From Eukaryota sp. GEM-RC1 (Eukaryota), in NCBI GenBank assembly GCA_040285855.1, contig JAUFOQ010000005.1:2356001-2420000 (forward strand): a stretch of 64,000 nucleotides of DNA, written 5' to 3'. Under the pieces are notes generated by a model. It searched no databases and was not told where the DNA came from. It saw nothing but the letters and a program-made list of their open reading frames with translations. Below, piece by piece: positions 1 through 11,399 of this stretch. The number at the start of each line of letters is the position of its first letter. Position 1 is the stretch's first letter. The position numbers and the translations under genes are program-made.

Positions 1-1975
1 TTTTGGTTTTGACTCTAACATTCTATTAATTATTTTCTCGTTGATTGAATGGAAAACCAGAGCTGTACAATTTAAACTTGCTAGTTGTTTTTCAAATTTT
101 CAGCTTGTTGTTCCGATTTAATAAAAACAAACACGGTAGTTTTTGGATGTTCTTTGGAATCATGATTAGACCCACAGACTCTAGGCAAGGACAAATCAAA
201 CCAAAAGACTGAGCCCTTTGATTGCTCGCTTTCAAATTTGATTTCCGACCCCATGATTCTGGCAAGTCTATCAGAAATTGACAATCCAAGACCAGTTCCT
301 TTTGAGTTTTGAGTTCGATCTTGAGAAAAAGGTTGAAACATGAGGGGAACAAATTCAGCCTTGATACCGATGCCAGTATCATTCACAGTAAATCTGATTG
401 GCGACGTCATCACGTCATGAGGGTCAATCAAACAAACAGTAACCATGACGTAACCTGCTTGGGTGAATTTGATGGCATTCCCGACTAAGTTTGTAATAAT
501 TTGTCGTATTCTAGTTTGATCTCCAGTAAAAAGATCGTCCAAATTGGGATCCAGATAGTACAGAAAAGGAAAGTCTTTTGTTTGAATCAACCCCCTCGAA
601 ATAGTCCAATGATGTCATCCATCATTTCTGAAATTTTAAAAGTTTGATGATCAAGTGCAATTTTGCCAGAAACTATTTTTGAAAAATCCAAAATATCATT
701 AATTAAACTCAAAAGAGAATTACTTGAAGTCTCAATGATGCTAATCATTTCTGATTGAACGAAATCTAATTGAGTGTCTTTTAAAACTGATACTAGTCCA
801 ATAATACACGTTAATGGTGTTCGGATTTCATGCGAAGTACTGGAAAGAAACATTGTCTTGGCATTATCAGCAGCTTTAGCATTTTCTGAAGCCTTGATTA
901 GTTCAATTTCCTTCAGCTTGAGATCGGTGATCTCCTTTATCACGACAACCACGCGATTAGGAGAATTGTGAGTTCGAATAACGTCAATAAAGTAAAATTC
1001 ATTGGTTTTTGTTTGAAATTCTCCATGAAATCTTGGAATTGAATTTTGCAACTCGAAAATGCCATCAACATCTCCTAAAGAAAACTTTTCCGCTAATATT
1101 TTTCTTAACTCTTGAAAAGTAAAGGAACAATGGCAATTATCAAATCGACAAGTATTTGGTACAAAACCCATTTCAATAGATTTTTTGTTAAAAGTAATCA
1201 AAGTTCCCTCTTCAAATACTAATACACCATCTAAAAGATTGTCAATAGTATCGCGCAACCTTTGATGGGCAACTTCTATTTTGGTGACGTCTCTTACAGT
1301 TCCTAATACTTTGTCTTCAATTTTAGGATCAGATTCTAAGTAAACAAGTACTGTTTGAAGTTGACCAGAGAAACTTTCCAAAGTCAATGTGGTTTCTATA
1401 GGTACCTTGGTACAAGCAACACTGTGAAGCGTCTCAAGGAACTGTGCTTTAAGGGGGTTTCTGATGGCAGAAAGGAAGTCAGACCATTGGAAAGAGGAAG
1501 GATTCCCAGCCAGCAACTCTGAAATGAAGTGATTCATCAAGGCAGTGTTTGAAGGAAGATGTACACTAAATAAGCCAATTTTAGCAACAGAAAGAGAGAC
1601 CTTCAGAAGTTCAACATCAAAGTCAGAAAAAGCCAAACGATCTTGTGTTTTGTCCTCAGCAACAGCTATACATATTCCTTCAGGTAACCAAGTTAAAACA
1701 GTCCATTTGAACCACAAAACAGTTGAAGTTTTGGTGATGAGTCTACCTTCAATTGATGAATCAAATTTCTTTTCGGAAGCTTTCAAAGCAACTTGTCTAA
1801 GGATATTGCTATCTTGAGGATGCGAGAATTGACCCACTGGTGAGCCTATAACTGTTAGTCTGTCATATTGAAGTCTTGATAGCAATTTGGTGGATGCTTC
1901 AACAACAATGAGATCCGAAGAAAAGGCAACCACAAAAGAAGGGGAATCCTCAATCCAAGAAAGCGGTGAAGACAT
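1..1975 (-). CDS. Sensor histidine kinase (PAS-like N-terminus, HisKA, HATPase_c); probably hybrid type, 3' end beyond the window's left edge
   Basis: H-box FLSSTSHEIRTPL, N-box QIITNLVGNAIKFT, G1 DTGIGI, G2 GTGLGLSIS. ORFs 587-2011 and 81-590 join via a 1-bp indel in a G run (~591-595). A further indel in an A run (~88-92) restores an open frame (KQLASLNCTALVFHSINEK...) to position 1. First ATG (MSSPLSW) is at 1975. Confidence 0.9.
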
Positions 1976-2345
1976 GGTGTGTGTATGAGGATATCTGATA
2001 TCTTCGTTCACCAGTCAAAACAAGTCAGTGTTTGACTGTTTCCACTTGAGCGGATTCCTATGTACTCATGATGGTTGTTAGCTTTATTAATATATATGTA
2101 CTTTTTCTACTTTATACTAACAGCTACTTGTAGTATACGTACCAGGGACTTCCGAAATATATTAAAATTTATTTTCCAACAATTGACGAATTACATTTAC
2201 TTACAGTACTTACTGTTATTACCTAAAAGAAATTAGTTCTACAGTCTACTCTTCGAATAAGACCCGTCCGACACCTGGTCACATTGGGAGGGAAGGCTGT
2301 CCATCTACTCTTGAACCACGATACAATTTAGTACTGCTACTGTTT

Positions 2346-2388
2346 TCATGCAAAAATCGCCACAAATTCTACTCTTTTAGATGGTTTC
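2346..2388. repeat. 43-bp motif upstream of the kinase gene, copy 1
   Basis: TCATGCAAAAATCGCCACAAATTCTACTCTTTTAGATGGTTTC, 36/43 identical to 8303-8345. Confidence 0.75.
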
Positions 2389-2639
2389 CAAGACTTTAAG
2401 AAAGTTTATCGATGAAGAGCACAAAATTCCATATCATAAAAAAATATGGTCAAAATGGGAGTGTACTGGTAGACTTTTCTAGTAGAGACAACACCCAGAT
2501 GATGTGGTAAATTTCAATTCTGACATTTTCTAAATTAGTATGTGTTAATCAATTGTTGCAAACAAGCCTCTTTGAATATTAGTATTTAAAAGAAAATGCT
2601 AAAACTAATAGATAACTAATATGAAAGAAAATACAGTGC

Positions 2640-5600
2640 TTAATCCCGGGAAGCAAGATAATTAGCAATTAAAGGAACTTCATTAATAACAGACTCAGGA
2701 ATATTATTCAGTAAAGTCAAAGTAACAGCTTCCTCGTTCTTCAATCGAGAGATCATCTTCTTAAAAACGGTGGTGAAAATAATAAGAAGAGTAAATAAAA
2801 ACAAACCAAAAACAAGACGAATATACAAATTAAAAGAAGAAATAAGGTCCAATGCTTCGTCTCTGTAAACGTCAATTGATTGCAACATTGCAGCATTGAC
2901 TCTATCCAAAATAATCAACATTTGATTGAAGTGATATCCATCAAATCTGAAAGAAACTCCTTGACTTGCCGTTGAAAACTGTTGACCAATGATGATAAAA
3001 GACTCAAGTAACACTGACAATCCAGAAGAAGATAAATTGTCAGTATTTTCTAAATATTTCGTTGAAAAGACAAGAGAATCTTGAAGAGAATTACGTCCAG
3101 AAGATCCAGTAGTTCCATCCCCTTGAATTCCAAACAATAAAGAATAGTGGACACTTTGAAGTTCAAGCAAAAGATTATTACACAATAAACGATATAATTC
3201 CCGATCAACCGGTCTGGAAATTGATTGAGCCATTCTAGTAACTACTTCTTGAGTGAGGGTCAATCGTTGACCGGCAAGGTTCAGCTCAGTAGCGATATGT
3301 TTGGTGTGATTCATGGTAATAAACGACAAAACGAAAAAAACTGATAGAACTAAGGCAATCACAGTGAGAGCAAACACGTAATGACGTGTCAATAACGTCA
3401 CCAAATCAACTTTGATTTTCTGTTTAATGTGAGAACTTTCCTTTTTCGCAGGGGTAAGTGCAAGGTAAAAGAACAATGTTGAGCAAGACAATGAAATAGC
3501 TAAAACAACAGAAAGAACACCCAATAAAACAACCAAATTTTGAATATTCTGTAAAAGTGCCGTAAAAGGCCGAATGAAACGTCTCATAAATCCATCACGT
3601 AGTTGTCCGATAGATTCTTCAAGATTATCTAAAATATCATAATATTTTGGGCCAAACACAGTTGCCCTAGCTAAATGAGCAATTTGCTCTTTTGATAGAG
3701 ACAAATCGTCATCACTGTTGGTGTAAAGTCGAGATGAGGGTAAGTAACTGTAGATCTCTTCTTGAATGTGAAAGTCGGGTTCAAGGGTGACGTCCCAAGT
3801 AACATCTTCGGTGAAATTTTTCAAATATTCAGATAATTCAAATGCTTCTGCTCCTAATCTTAATGAAATCAGCTCCAAGTGATAAGCCCTGTCCCATAAA
3901 TGTTCCAAATTATTTAAATCTTCAAGTGCTCTAGAATACGCATCGATTGTTCTAAAATTTAAATATTTTTGAAGTATTTCCGTTCCACTCTGTTTGAGTT
4001 CAACATATAAATCGGGAATATTAAAATAATCAACAAAAGCAACAGTAGAACCAAATTGAGTGAAGATCGAAGCTCGATAAGAAAGAGTCTGTGAAGAAAT
4101 CTCAAAGGAATTTAAAATTTCCTCAAAATTTAATTTCACATCGTTTTCATTATTCACTTGCGCTAGGAATCTAGAGACAATTAATGCAACAACAATGATG
4201 AACACGCAACAAAATGAAGATAAGAAAATACAACCAAAAGTGATTCGTCTAAATCTAAAAAAGACTAATTTTTTAATCGCATAACCACAAGTACCTAAAA
4301 ATAGAATTAAAACAATTATAGGAATGATTAAAGCAAATAAAAGATCAGTGTTTGCAGCTGTGGAAACTTGATTCAATAAAATCTCAACAGTTTCCTCCAG
4401 TAGCTCATCAAGTTCAATCAAAACAGCAAGAGCACGTGATCGATAGTACCAGTAAACGTCACCAGAGAGAATTGACCTGGAAACAATGCGTTGGTCTTCA
4501 GGAGATAACAATGCATCGTCAACGTTATTCGTATAAGTTAAACCATTTGTTGGAAATTGAATTTTGTTAAATTCATACAAAGTTTCATTTTTTAAATCAT
4601 ATTTAAAAAATCTTAAATGATGGGATTCCAAAGGATCCTGACCGTCAGCTTTCATTGCAAGGTAAATGGCAATTCTTTCATAGTAGAACAACAAATCATT
4701 ATAATAAGAATTTAAACCCAGTAATTCCAAGGCTTTGGGATCTTCCATAGCTGACGTCAGCTGTTCAGAAATCTGCTGACGTTCCCCTGAACCTACTAAA
4801 GTCCAGTAGTCATTAAAAGCTGACATGTCAGAAAACTGAGTAAACCTTAGAGCTAGAGCGCTTGATTCTCGTTGTAAAACAATTAACCGTTGCAAAACAG
4901 CCATGGTTTCAATAGACTCAAGATTAACAGCAGCGAGGTTATCCAGTGAACCGTACAGTACAAAGAATAGGAAAATTCCAAAGATGACTGTTACAATCAT
5001 TAATACAAAAGAAGAGATCAAATAGGAAACAATCACACCATTTGATCGATTGTGGTCAATGTCGCCATCAACATCCGGGTCAGTCACGTTTACTAATTGG
5101 TCTAAATACTCCTCACCTTTTGATTCAAGTGTATCAGATAATAACTGGAGGGTTTGATTCTGTTTTAAGTTTTCAATTTCCTTTTGCTCCCCCCTCATCA
5201 GTTTCTGAATCACTAGATCCTGAAGAATTGCCTTTTGAAGTATCAAAAGTGGAAAGTCTTTTACGTTTTTTGACATTGCGATTGAATTTCTCATCGGATA
5301 ATAATCTAATAATAGCATCTTTCGGAATATAAAGGAAAAGATTTAAAATATAGTTTCTTTCTGAAGAAATAAAAGAGAACGCTCTTTTAAATAACAAGAA
5401 ACCAATACAAATTAAAAGAATAATTGAGATAATAAAGACACTGGAACTGATAAAAGACATATAGTTAATAAACTCAGTATTAGATGATTCCATACGATTC
5501 AAAAGTCTAAAAATAGCTTCTGATAGGGAAAATTGATTGGCAAGAACGAAATCAATAGAACTTCGAACAGAAAGCGAAAGTCCATCATTGATGTCATCGA

Positions 5601-8055
5601 TGACGTCACGAGAGCCAATGATTGATGACCTAGAATACTGTAGAACTAGCTGCCAGAAAGAAGATACCTGAGTTTGAGTAAGCTGCGGAACGGAAACTGT
5701 AGGGGCTACAGAAGCAATATTAGGATGAACAAAGATTCCTCGTAACTGAGAATTAAACAGAGGATTAACTGGAGTTTCTTTTGAGATTCCTGGACAAGGG
5801 AACGTATCATTGGCATTGAACTCAGAAAAGATGAGCCTAAATACAGTCTTCGAACGTGTAACACCAAGTGTTCGGCTGTCATTTTGATTGATTCAATGAT
5901 GTCATTACGATTGAGATTAGGAGATCCAAGAGTATCCAAGGGTCTTGACATCACGTCATTTAAAAGCACTTGGAATCCTAAAGAGTTCACAGTGTAACCT
6001 AAATGATCACTTTCATACAGTTGTCTTGTGGCAACTTCAATACCATCAAGGGAAGCAGAAGAAGAAACAAAAGCAACTGTAGCAAGTATCAAAATCACTA
6101 TACAAGCAACAATGATTGATCTAAAAAGATGAGTGATTGATGACTCTGATGAAGATGATGACGTGGTCAGAGTTTCACTGAAATTTAACAGCTTTCTTTT
6201 TTTTCTTTCTCTTTTGACAGAACCCTTTTTAGAAACATTCACAGATCCACTTTCAGAAAAGGAATTTCCACGTGACGATTGTCCGTCATGAGAACTCGAG
6301 ACATGAGATTCAGTCTCAATCAAATCTAATTGTGTTAATAACTGAGCCAATAATTCCTCGTCATTCAACACATCTCGAACAAAATCAACATAAACCAGTA
6401 AAATCTCTTTGTTTCCTTTTCCATTTAGCAATAACTTTCGAAAACTAGAATCACATTCAGTCTGAGTTTTATAGATCTTTTGAGTCAATAGTGGTAATTG
6501 CTGCAGGTTTACACGATCAGAAAGCAAATGAGTCCAAAAGGCTTTTAAATGGTCAAGACATTCTTGAACACTTTCCTTAGTTTCAGCTAACTGACGTTGG
6601 ATATGGACATAACTACTAGCGTCAAGAGTTTGACCAGTATTTTGGAGACGACGAAGTACATCACATTCACTATATAAATTAAAAACATAATATTTCCAAT
6701 ACAGATTCACGTCAATGTCTAAATCTTTAACTCCGTTAAGAGAAACCATTGCAGCAAGAGCATCTTTAGCATAAACAACTTCAAAATAAGCTTTTAAACA
6801 TAAGGCATTTACATTGTCTGGAAAAGATTCAATTAGAGAATCAAAAAGCTTCTTTCCAAGAGCAATGTAATCAGGAGTAGGACGTCTCAAGGTCAAAAGG
6901 AAACGTGATAAAAGTTCTGATTGATTGGCGGATCTTAATTTGGGAAGGTGTAGTTGATCAGGGTCAATTTCAGGTTGATTACCTTCCAAAAGTGAACGAT
7001 TTAGACGTAACAACTTGAACATTGTTCTTGAGTAAAGATAATGTTCCAAAAAGTAAAAAACAACTCCGAAAACAGTCATTCCACCGATGAAAACAATTGA
7101 AATAATCCAAGAATTTAAATTCAAGGGATAATATTCATCAGTAAACTGCTTTGAAACCCAGATCAATGCCAAAGCTACCCAAGCTCCCAGCATTCCAGCA
7201 ACCTTGCTGTTAGTTTTGGCGGAAAAGAAAGGGTGAGAGAAGAGGAAGGAGATCAAGGATACTAGAGCTATTATAGGGTAGAGAACTTTAAAGACGATGG
7301 GTAAATGGTCAAGGTTGATCATTGAAAAGACGAGAATGACTCTCAACAGAGTAAAGTGAAACAACCATCTTGAGTGAGGTCGCGAGAACACTTTCCTAGA
7401 ATAAGGGGAGACGTCATAGTGAGTGAAGAGGTAGACCAGCTTGATGAACACTACAAAGGTTAGTATCAAAATGAAGAGAATTCTCATAAGAAGAGTAGAG
7501 GGACTGTAGCATTGAGAGAGATCAACGGCGTCCCACCTGCCCACGTCAGAACAAGTGAGATAGAGGAGGCAGTGAATGACAATGGGAAGAAACAGCGGAC
7601 CAGCAACAACTTCTAGGAGAACCCTCGTGATGCGCAGGATGAAGAGCTTGGGTGAGTCCTTCATGACACTGTACATGCACTGAGCAACAAGGAGCAGTAA
7701 GAGAGAGGTAATAGAGGCGAACATGATAGACATTGTTCTATTGCTTAGCAACCAATAGGATGACTCAGCATAGTACGAAGGAAGTAACAGCCTATGTAAG
7801 AAGAAACGAGGATCGACTGCGGTATGAAAAGGCTCAAGGAAAGGATTAAAAACTAACCCAAACAATTCTACTGTTAGAAGAAGAACGCAACATACGGAGA
7901 AATTCCAAGAGGAATGCAACCTGAACAAGAAAAGAGTGTTTCCGAAAGACAGAGGATAGTTTTCTGAATGTATCGAAGCCATTGCTCTTGAATCTGTCTT
8001 TGAGAGAGGAAGATGATCCAGAAACAAGAGAGTGTCCACCAGAGTGGGAAGACAT
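2640..8055 (-). CDS. Large multi-pass membrane protein, TmcB/TmcC (tiny macrocyst)-like; single ~1800-aa gene split by homopolymer frameshifts
   Basis: N-terminal multi-TM block, TPR-like helical region (FPDNVNAL...FWTHLL...YVDFVRDVLND), Ser-rich linker and repeated TM-extracellular-TM modules ending LFLYIPK / LLNNIPE. ORFs 7846-8169 (from ATG 8055), 5706-8039, 5173-5502 and 2640-5318 join by single indels at short T/G runs (~7945, ~5827, ~5190). The family name is by recollected resemblance only. Confidence 0.65.
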
Positions 8056-8302
8056 GTATGGCAGTCTTGGTTTCTTAAGACACTGTTTCCAATTGCAACG
8101 TTGATCTAAACATCTTTTCGCTTCAATTCTAGACAGATTCTGTTTTTGATTCAGAATTAGAGGGTTCACTGACTATTCCCTTACTGCAACATTTGTCAAA
8201 AAGTTTTGAATTCTATTAGAACAAAGTTTCTCTTGAAATTGATGAGACTAAGATTCCAGATCATGATTTTTATTCGTCTGAATTCGCTGAGGTAGGTTTC
8301 AC

Positions 8303-8345
8303 TCATGCAAAAATCGTCACAAAATCTGATGTTTTAGGTGGTGTC
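8303..8345. repeat. 43-bp motif upstream of the membrane-protein gene, copy 2
   Basis: TCATGCAAAAATCGTCACAAAATCTGATGTTTTAGGTGGTGTC, 36/43 identical to 2346-2388. Confidence 0.75.
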
Positions 8346-8639
8346 ACGAATTTTGTGTTTGAATTTTTGAAACGTTTTCCAGTGGATGGAATTACTCTGT
8401 TGACTTCCAGTAATTATCGGTGGATTCCATCTGCTAAAGTTTTGGTATCAGCTTTGTCTCTCGAACAATGGGAATGTATATTGCCTTTTATGGATATAAT
8501 GTAATTAATAGTCTAAAACTCAATATCATCAAAGCAAGATTCCTTAGAATCGAACCTTGTTGAAGCTTTGTCTTCATAATGCACACTGACGGACAATAAA
8601 GCTCTCGAAATCATTGTATATTGCCTGCTTATTTAAAGG

Positions 8640-8823
8640 AGACTCCTTTAAATAACATTTCATCTCCACCATGTTTCGACTTAAGCACTCCAAATATGAC
8701 TCTCAAACTGAAATCATAATCCGAATTTGTGTTTCAACCTTTTGCTGTTTCTGTCTTTGGATCGATTAGTCTTGCAGGTGGTCAATTTTTTAAGCATTTT
8801 GAAGAACGTTGTAGAGGAAAGAA
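8640..8823 (+). pseudogene. C-terminal remnant of a CRE-like retrotransposon endonuclease region, interrupted by the hAT element (continues at ~11307-11345)
   Basis: Translates FQPFAVSVFGSISLAGGQFFKHFEERC, homologous to FQPFAVSLYGNFGSSTKEFLSLFENLC (15200s) and FQPFAMSIYGNIGPAAQGFL in the satellite copies. Confidence 0.7.
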
Positions 8824-8842
8824 TAGCACTGGGCGTTCAGAT

Positions 8843-8990
8843 CAGATTTCACTTCAGATTTCGGATCGGATCGGATTCAGATCGGATTCAGATCCAGTTT
8901 TGCTATTTTGTTCGGATTCGGATCAGATTCGGATTCGAACGTTCGGATTCAGATCCTTTTGTTCGGATTCAGATCGAAGTCAGATATCCG
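8843..8990 (+). repeat. hAT left subterminal repeats (TCGGA/TTCAGA motifs)
   Basis: Dense TCGGATCGGATTCAGATC repeats next to the left TIR. Confidence 0.85.
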
Positions 8991-9162
8991 TTATCTGAAA
9001 CCAATTGTGGTGTAGACAACTTGTTATTGTTGTAATTATACAATGATCTTTATACTAGTAGTAGATATTTTGACATTAGTAGCCAATCTGTTCTATCAAA
9101 GTACTGTAGCAAAATCGATCAAATACAGATTCTTCCCGCCATTTTATTTCATCCTTTAAAGC

Positions 9163-11087
9163 ATGTCTAGTTTCTTCGGTGTAAGCTCTGATGACGATGT
9201 CGTTGAAATCCCGCCTTCAGAATCATCTGTTCATTCTCAAAGAACACAGTCTACTGCTCCCACAACTGAGTCCTCCCCTCCTATGAAAAAAACTCGCACT
9301 ATGAAAAGTCGCTCTCGTGTATGGGATTATTTCAAAAATGATAAAGCACGAAATGTTGTATTTTGCACTTTATGCAATAATTGTGAATATTCAATTGCTC
9401 AATCACCACCATCTACTGGGAACATGAGCAGACATCTCAGTACCAAGCATGGTGATTGGCAAAGTGGAAATCCCAGCAATCAACTGACAACGGACTCCTT
9501 TTTGGCAGTAGCACCCAGTGTTAAAACAAAAACGATCTTGAAGAGAGCTTATTGAAACTTATTATCACCCAAAACGTGCCTTTTTCTATTCTTGAATCTA
9601 ATCATTTGCAAGATTTTGTGCAGATAATTCATTCAATGAAGGAAAAACCTATTGTTCCTTCCAGAAGATCATTTGGCCGACTCCTCAAATCTAAATACTG
9701 TGTAGAACGAGAAGAAACCACCACCAAAATGCACACTTGTGATTCTCCTATCTGTTTAACTGTTGATGGATGGTCTGGCCGCCAACAAAAACACTTTCTG
9801 GGCATCACTGCTCATTTTATTGATGATGCATTTAACTATCATAACTTTTGCTTAGATGTTGTAGAAATGGAAATGCAGCAAACCGCCGAGAATTTAAAGG
9901 ATTTGATCGTTGACATCATGATTAAGTTCAAGTTAATCCACGAGGGAAAATGTCGCGTGTTTGCCATGACCTGTGATAATGCGAGGAATATTGTCAAGGC
10001 TGGAAGTCTACTTAAAGCGGAGTGGGTCATCGAAACCAGACGATGCGGAGCTCATGTCCTAAATTTGATTGTCAAACAGGGATTGGAACCCATTAAGCCA
10101 ACCATATGCAAGGTTAGGGCTTTTGTCCTTGCTTACAGAACTTCAATATTGAAGGGAGTCCTAAATAGGTTCTGTGCTTCAACGAGTTTTCAAAAGATCA
10201 ACACTCTGAAGGATGATGTTGAAACTCGCTGGAACAGCACGTACGACATGTTGAAGAGCTACCAGGATGCCATGATCGTCATAAAGAACTTCTTTGCAGA
10301 ACCCAGCGTTTCTAGTGGATATTATGAATTGGAACTAAGTGTTGAAGAAGAGTTGAACTTGATTGCAGTAATGAAATTCTTGAAACCGTTTTACACTTGG
10401 ACTGTGTTTTTGAGCGATCAATCAATGCCAACTGCCGGCCAAATGACTGTAATAATTGATGATCTTTGTACCCATTTGAACAATTATTCCAGTGCTGAAG
10501 CTCCCCGTTTTTTGCAAAAATCAGTTATAGAAATGCAGAAGATGATCTTTAAGTATAGTGAACACTTATTTGATGAAATTAATTGTCTAAGTGCTTTACT
10601 TGATCCGCGTATAAAGCAGGATCTGCTTCCTTGCGCAGAAACTGAAAAACTGAATTCTGTATCAAAACTACACACGTTGACTGCAGGTGTAGAAACGCAG
10701 CCAGGCAAGTCTAAGCCTTCTTCTGCTTAAAAAGGTAACAATCTGTTTGCAGCAGCAGCTGAGAAGAAGAGAAGTGTTCAATCACCTCAAAATGAAGACG
10801 AACTCAACATCTACTTGAACGACTTGTATCAAGATCCAGAGGCTGACCCATTGACATACTGGAAAGAGAGAGCAGAGAAGTTCCCGAGATTGGTCTCATT
10901 AGCAAAGAAGTATTTGGCTGTACAACCAACTTCGATTCCTTGCGAACGTCTCTTTTCAGTCGCTGGTCGCAATATGACAGCTGGACGAAGTTGCTTAGGA
11001 TCAGAAGCTCTTGAAGCTATGTGTTCTCTAAAATCTTGGTGGAATCAGCTTGGTGCTGTAGATAATGAAGATAGTGACTCAGAATAG
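9163..11087 (+). pseudogene. hAT transposase with BED zinc finger (one frameshift, one in-frame stop)
   Basis: BED finger WDYF..CTLC..STGNMSRHLSTKH; catalytic motifs TVDGWS, TCDNARN, CGAHVLNL, TRWNS; C-terminal PTSIPCERLFS. Frameshift in an A run at ~9530. TAA at 10728-10730 is in frame with ORF 10815-11087. Confidence 0.9.
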
Positions 11088-11170
11088 TACTTGTATTTGT
11101 TTAAGTGATATAAGGAATATGATATTGGTGTTCTCATATAGTCAAGAAAGGGCTAAGAAGATTCTGCTTG

Positions 11171-11287
11171 TTCGGATTTCAGATCGGATTCAGATTAGAG
11201 TAGTTCGGATCGGATCGGATTCAGATTAGAGTAGTTCGGATCGGATCGGATTCGGATCAAGATAGTTCAGATCAGATCGGATCGGAT
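11171..11287 (+). repeat. hAT right subterminal repeats
   Basis: TCGGATCGGA motifs, with a tandem duplication of TTCAGATTAGAGTAGTTCGGATCGGATCGGA. Confidence 0.85.
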
Positions 11288-11399
11288 ATCTGAACGCCCA
11301 GTGCTAGAAAAGAAGCGTAAGTTTAGAATGGTTGAATGTAAATCTTTAATCGATTTGAAGGACAGTTCTGCAGTTGTTTTTTTATCAACTTTATGATAG

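Larger units (their letters stand above)
8824..11306 (+). mobile_element. hAT-superfamily DNA transposon, full length (2483 bp)
   Basis: Perfect 19-bp TIRs TAGCACTGGGCGTTCAGAT (8824-8842) / ATCTGAACGCCCAGTGCTA (11288-11306). 8-bp TSD GGAAAGAA (8816-8823) / GAAAAGAA (11307-11314), 7/8 match. Subterminal TCGGA/TCAGA repeats and an internal transposase. Confidence 0.95.

Noticed and set aside
8727..9035. ORFs 8727-9035 and 8729-8998 as genes
   Set aside because: They are chimeras of a retroelement remnant and hAT subterminal repeats.
10728..10730. Alternative genetic code (TAA/TAG read-through)
   Set aside because: Host genes have long stop-free frames under the standard code and their breaks are frameshifts. 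In-frame stops occur only in transposons.
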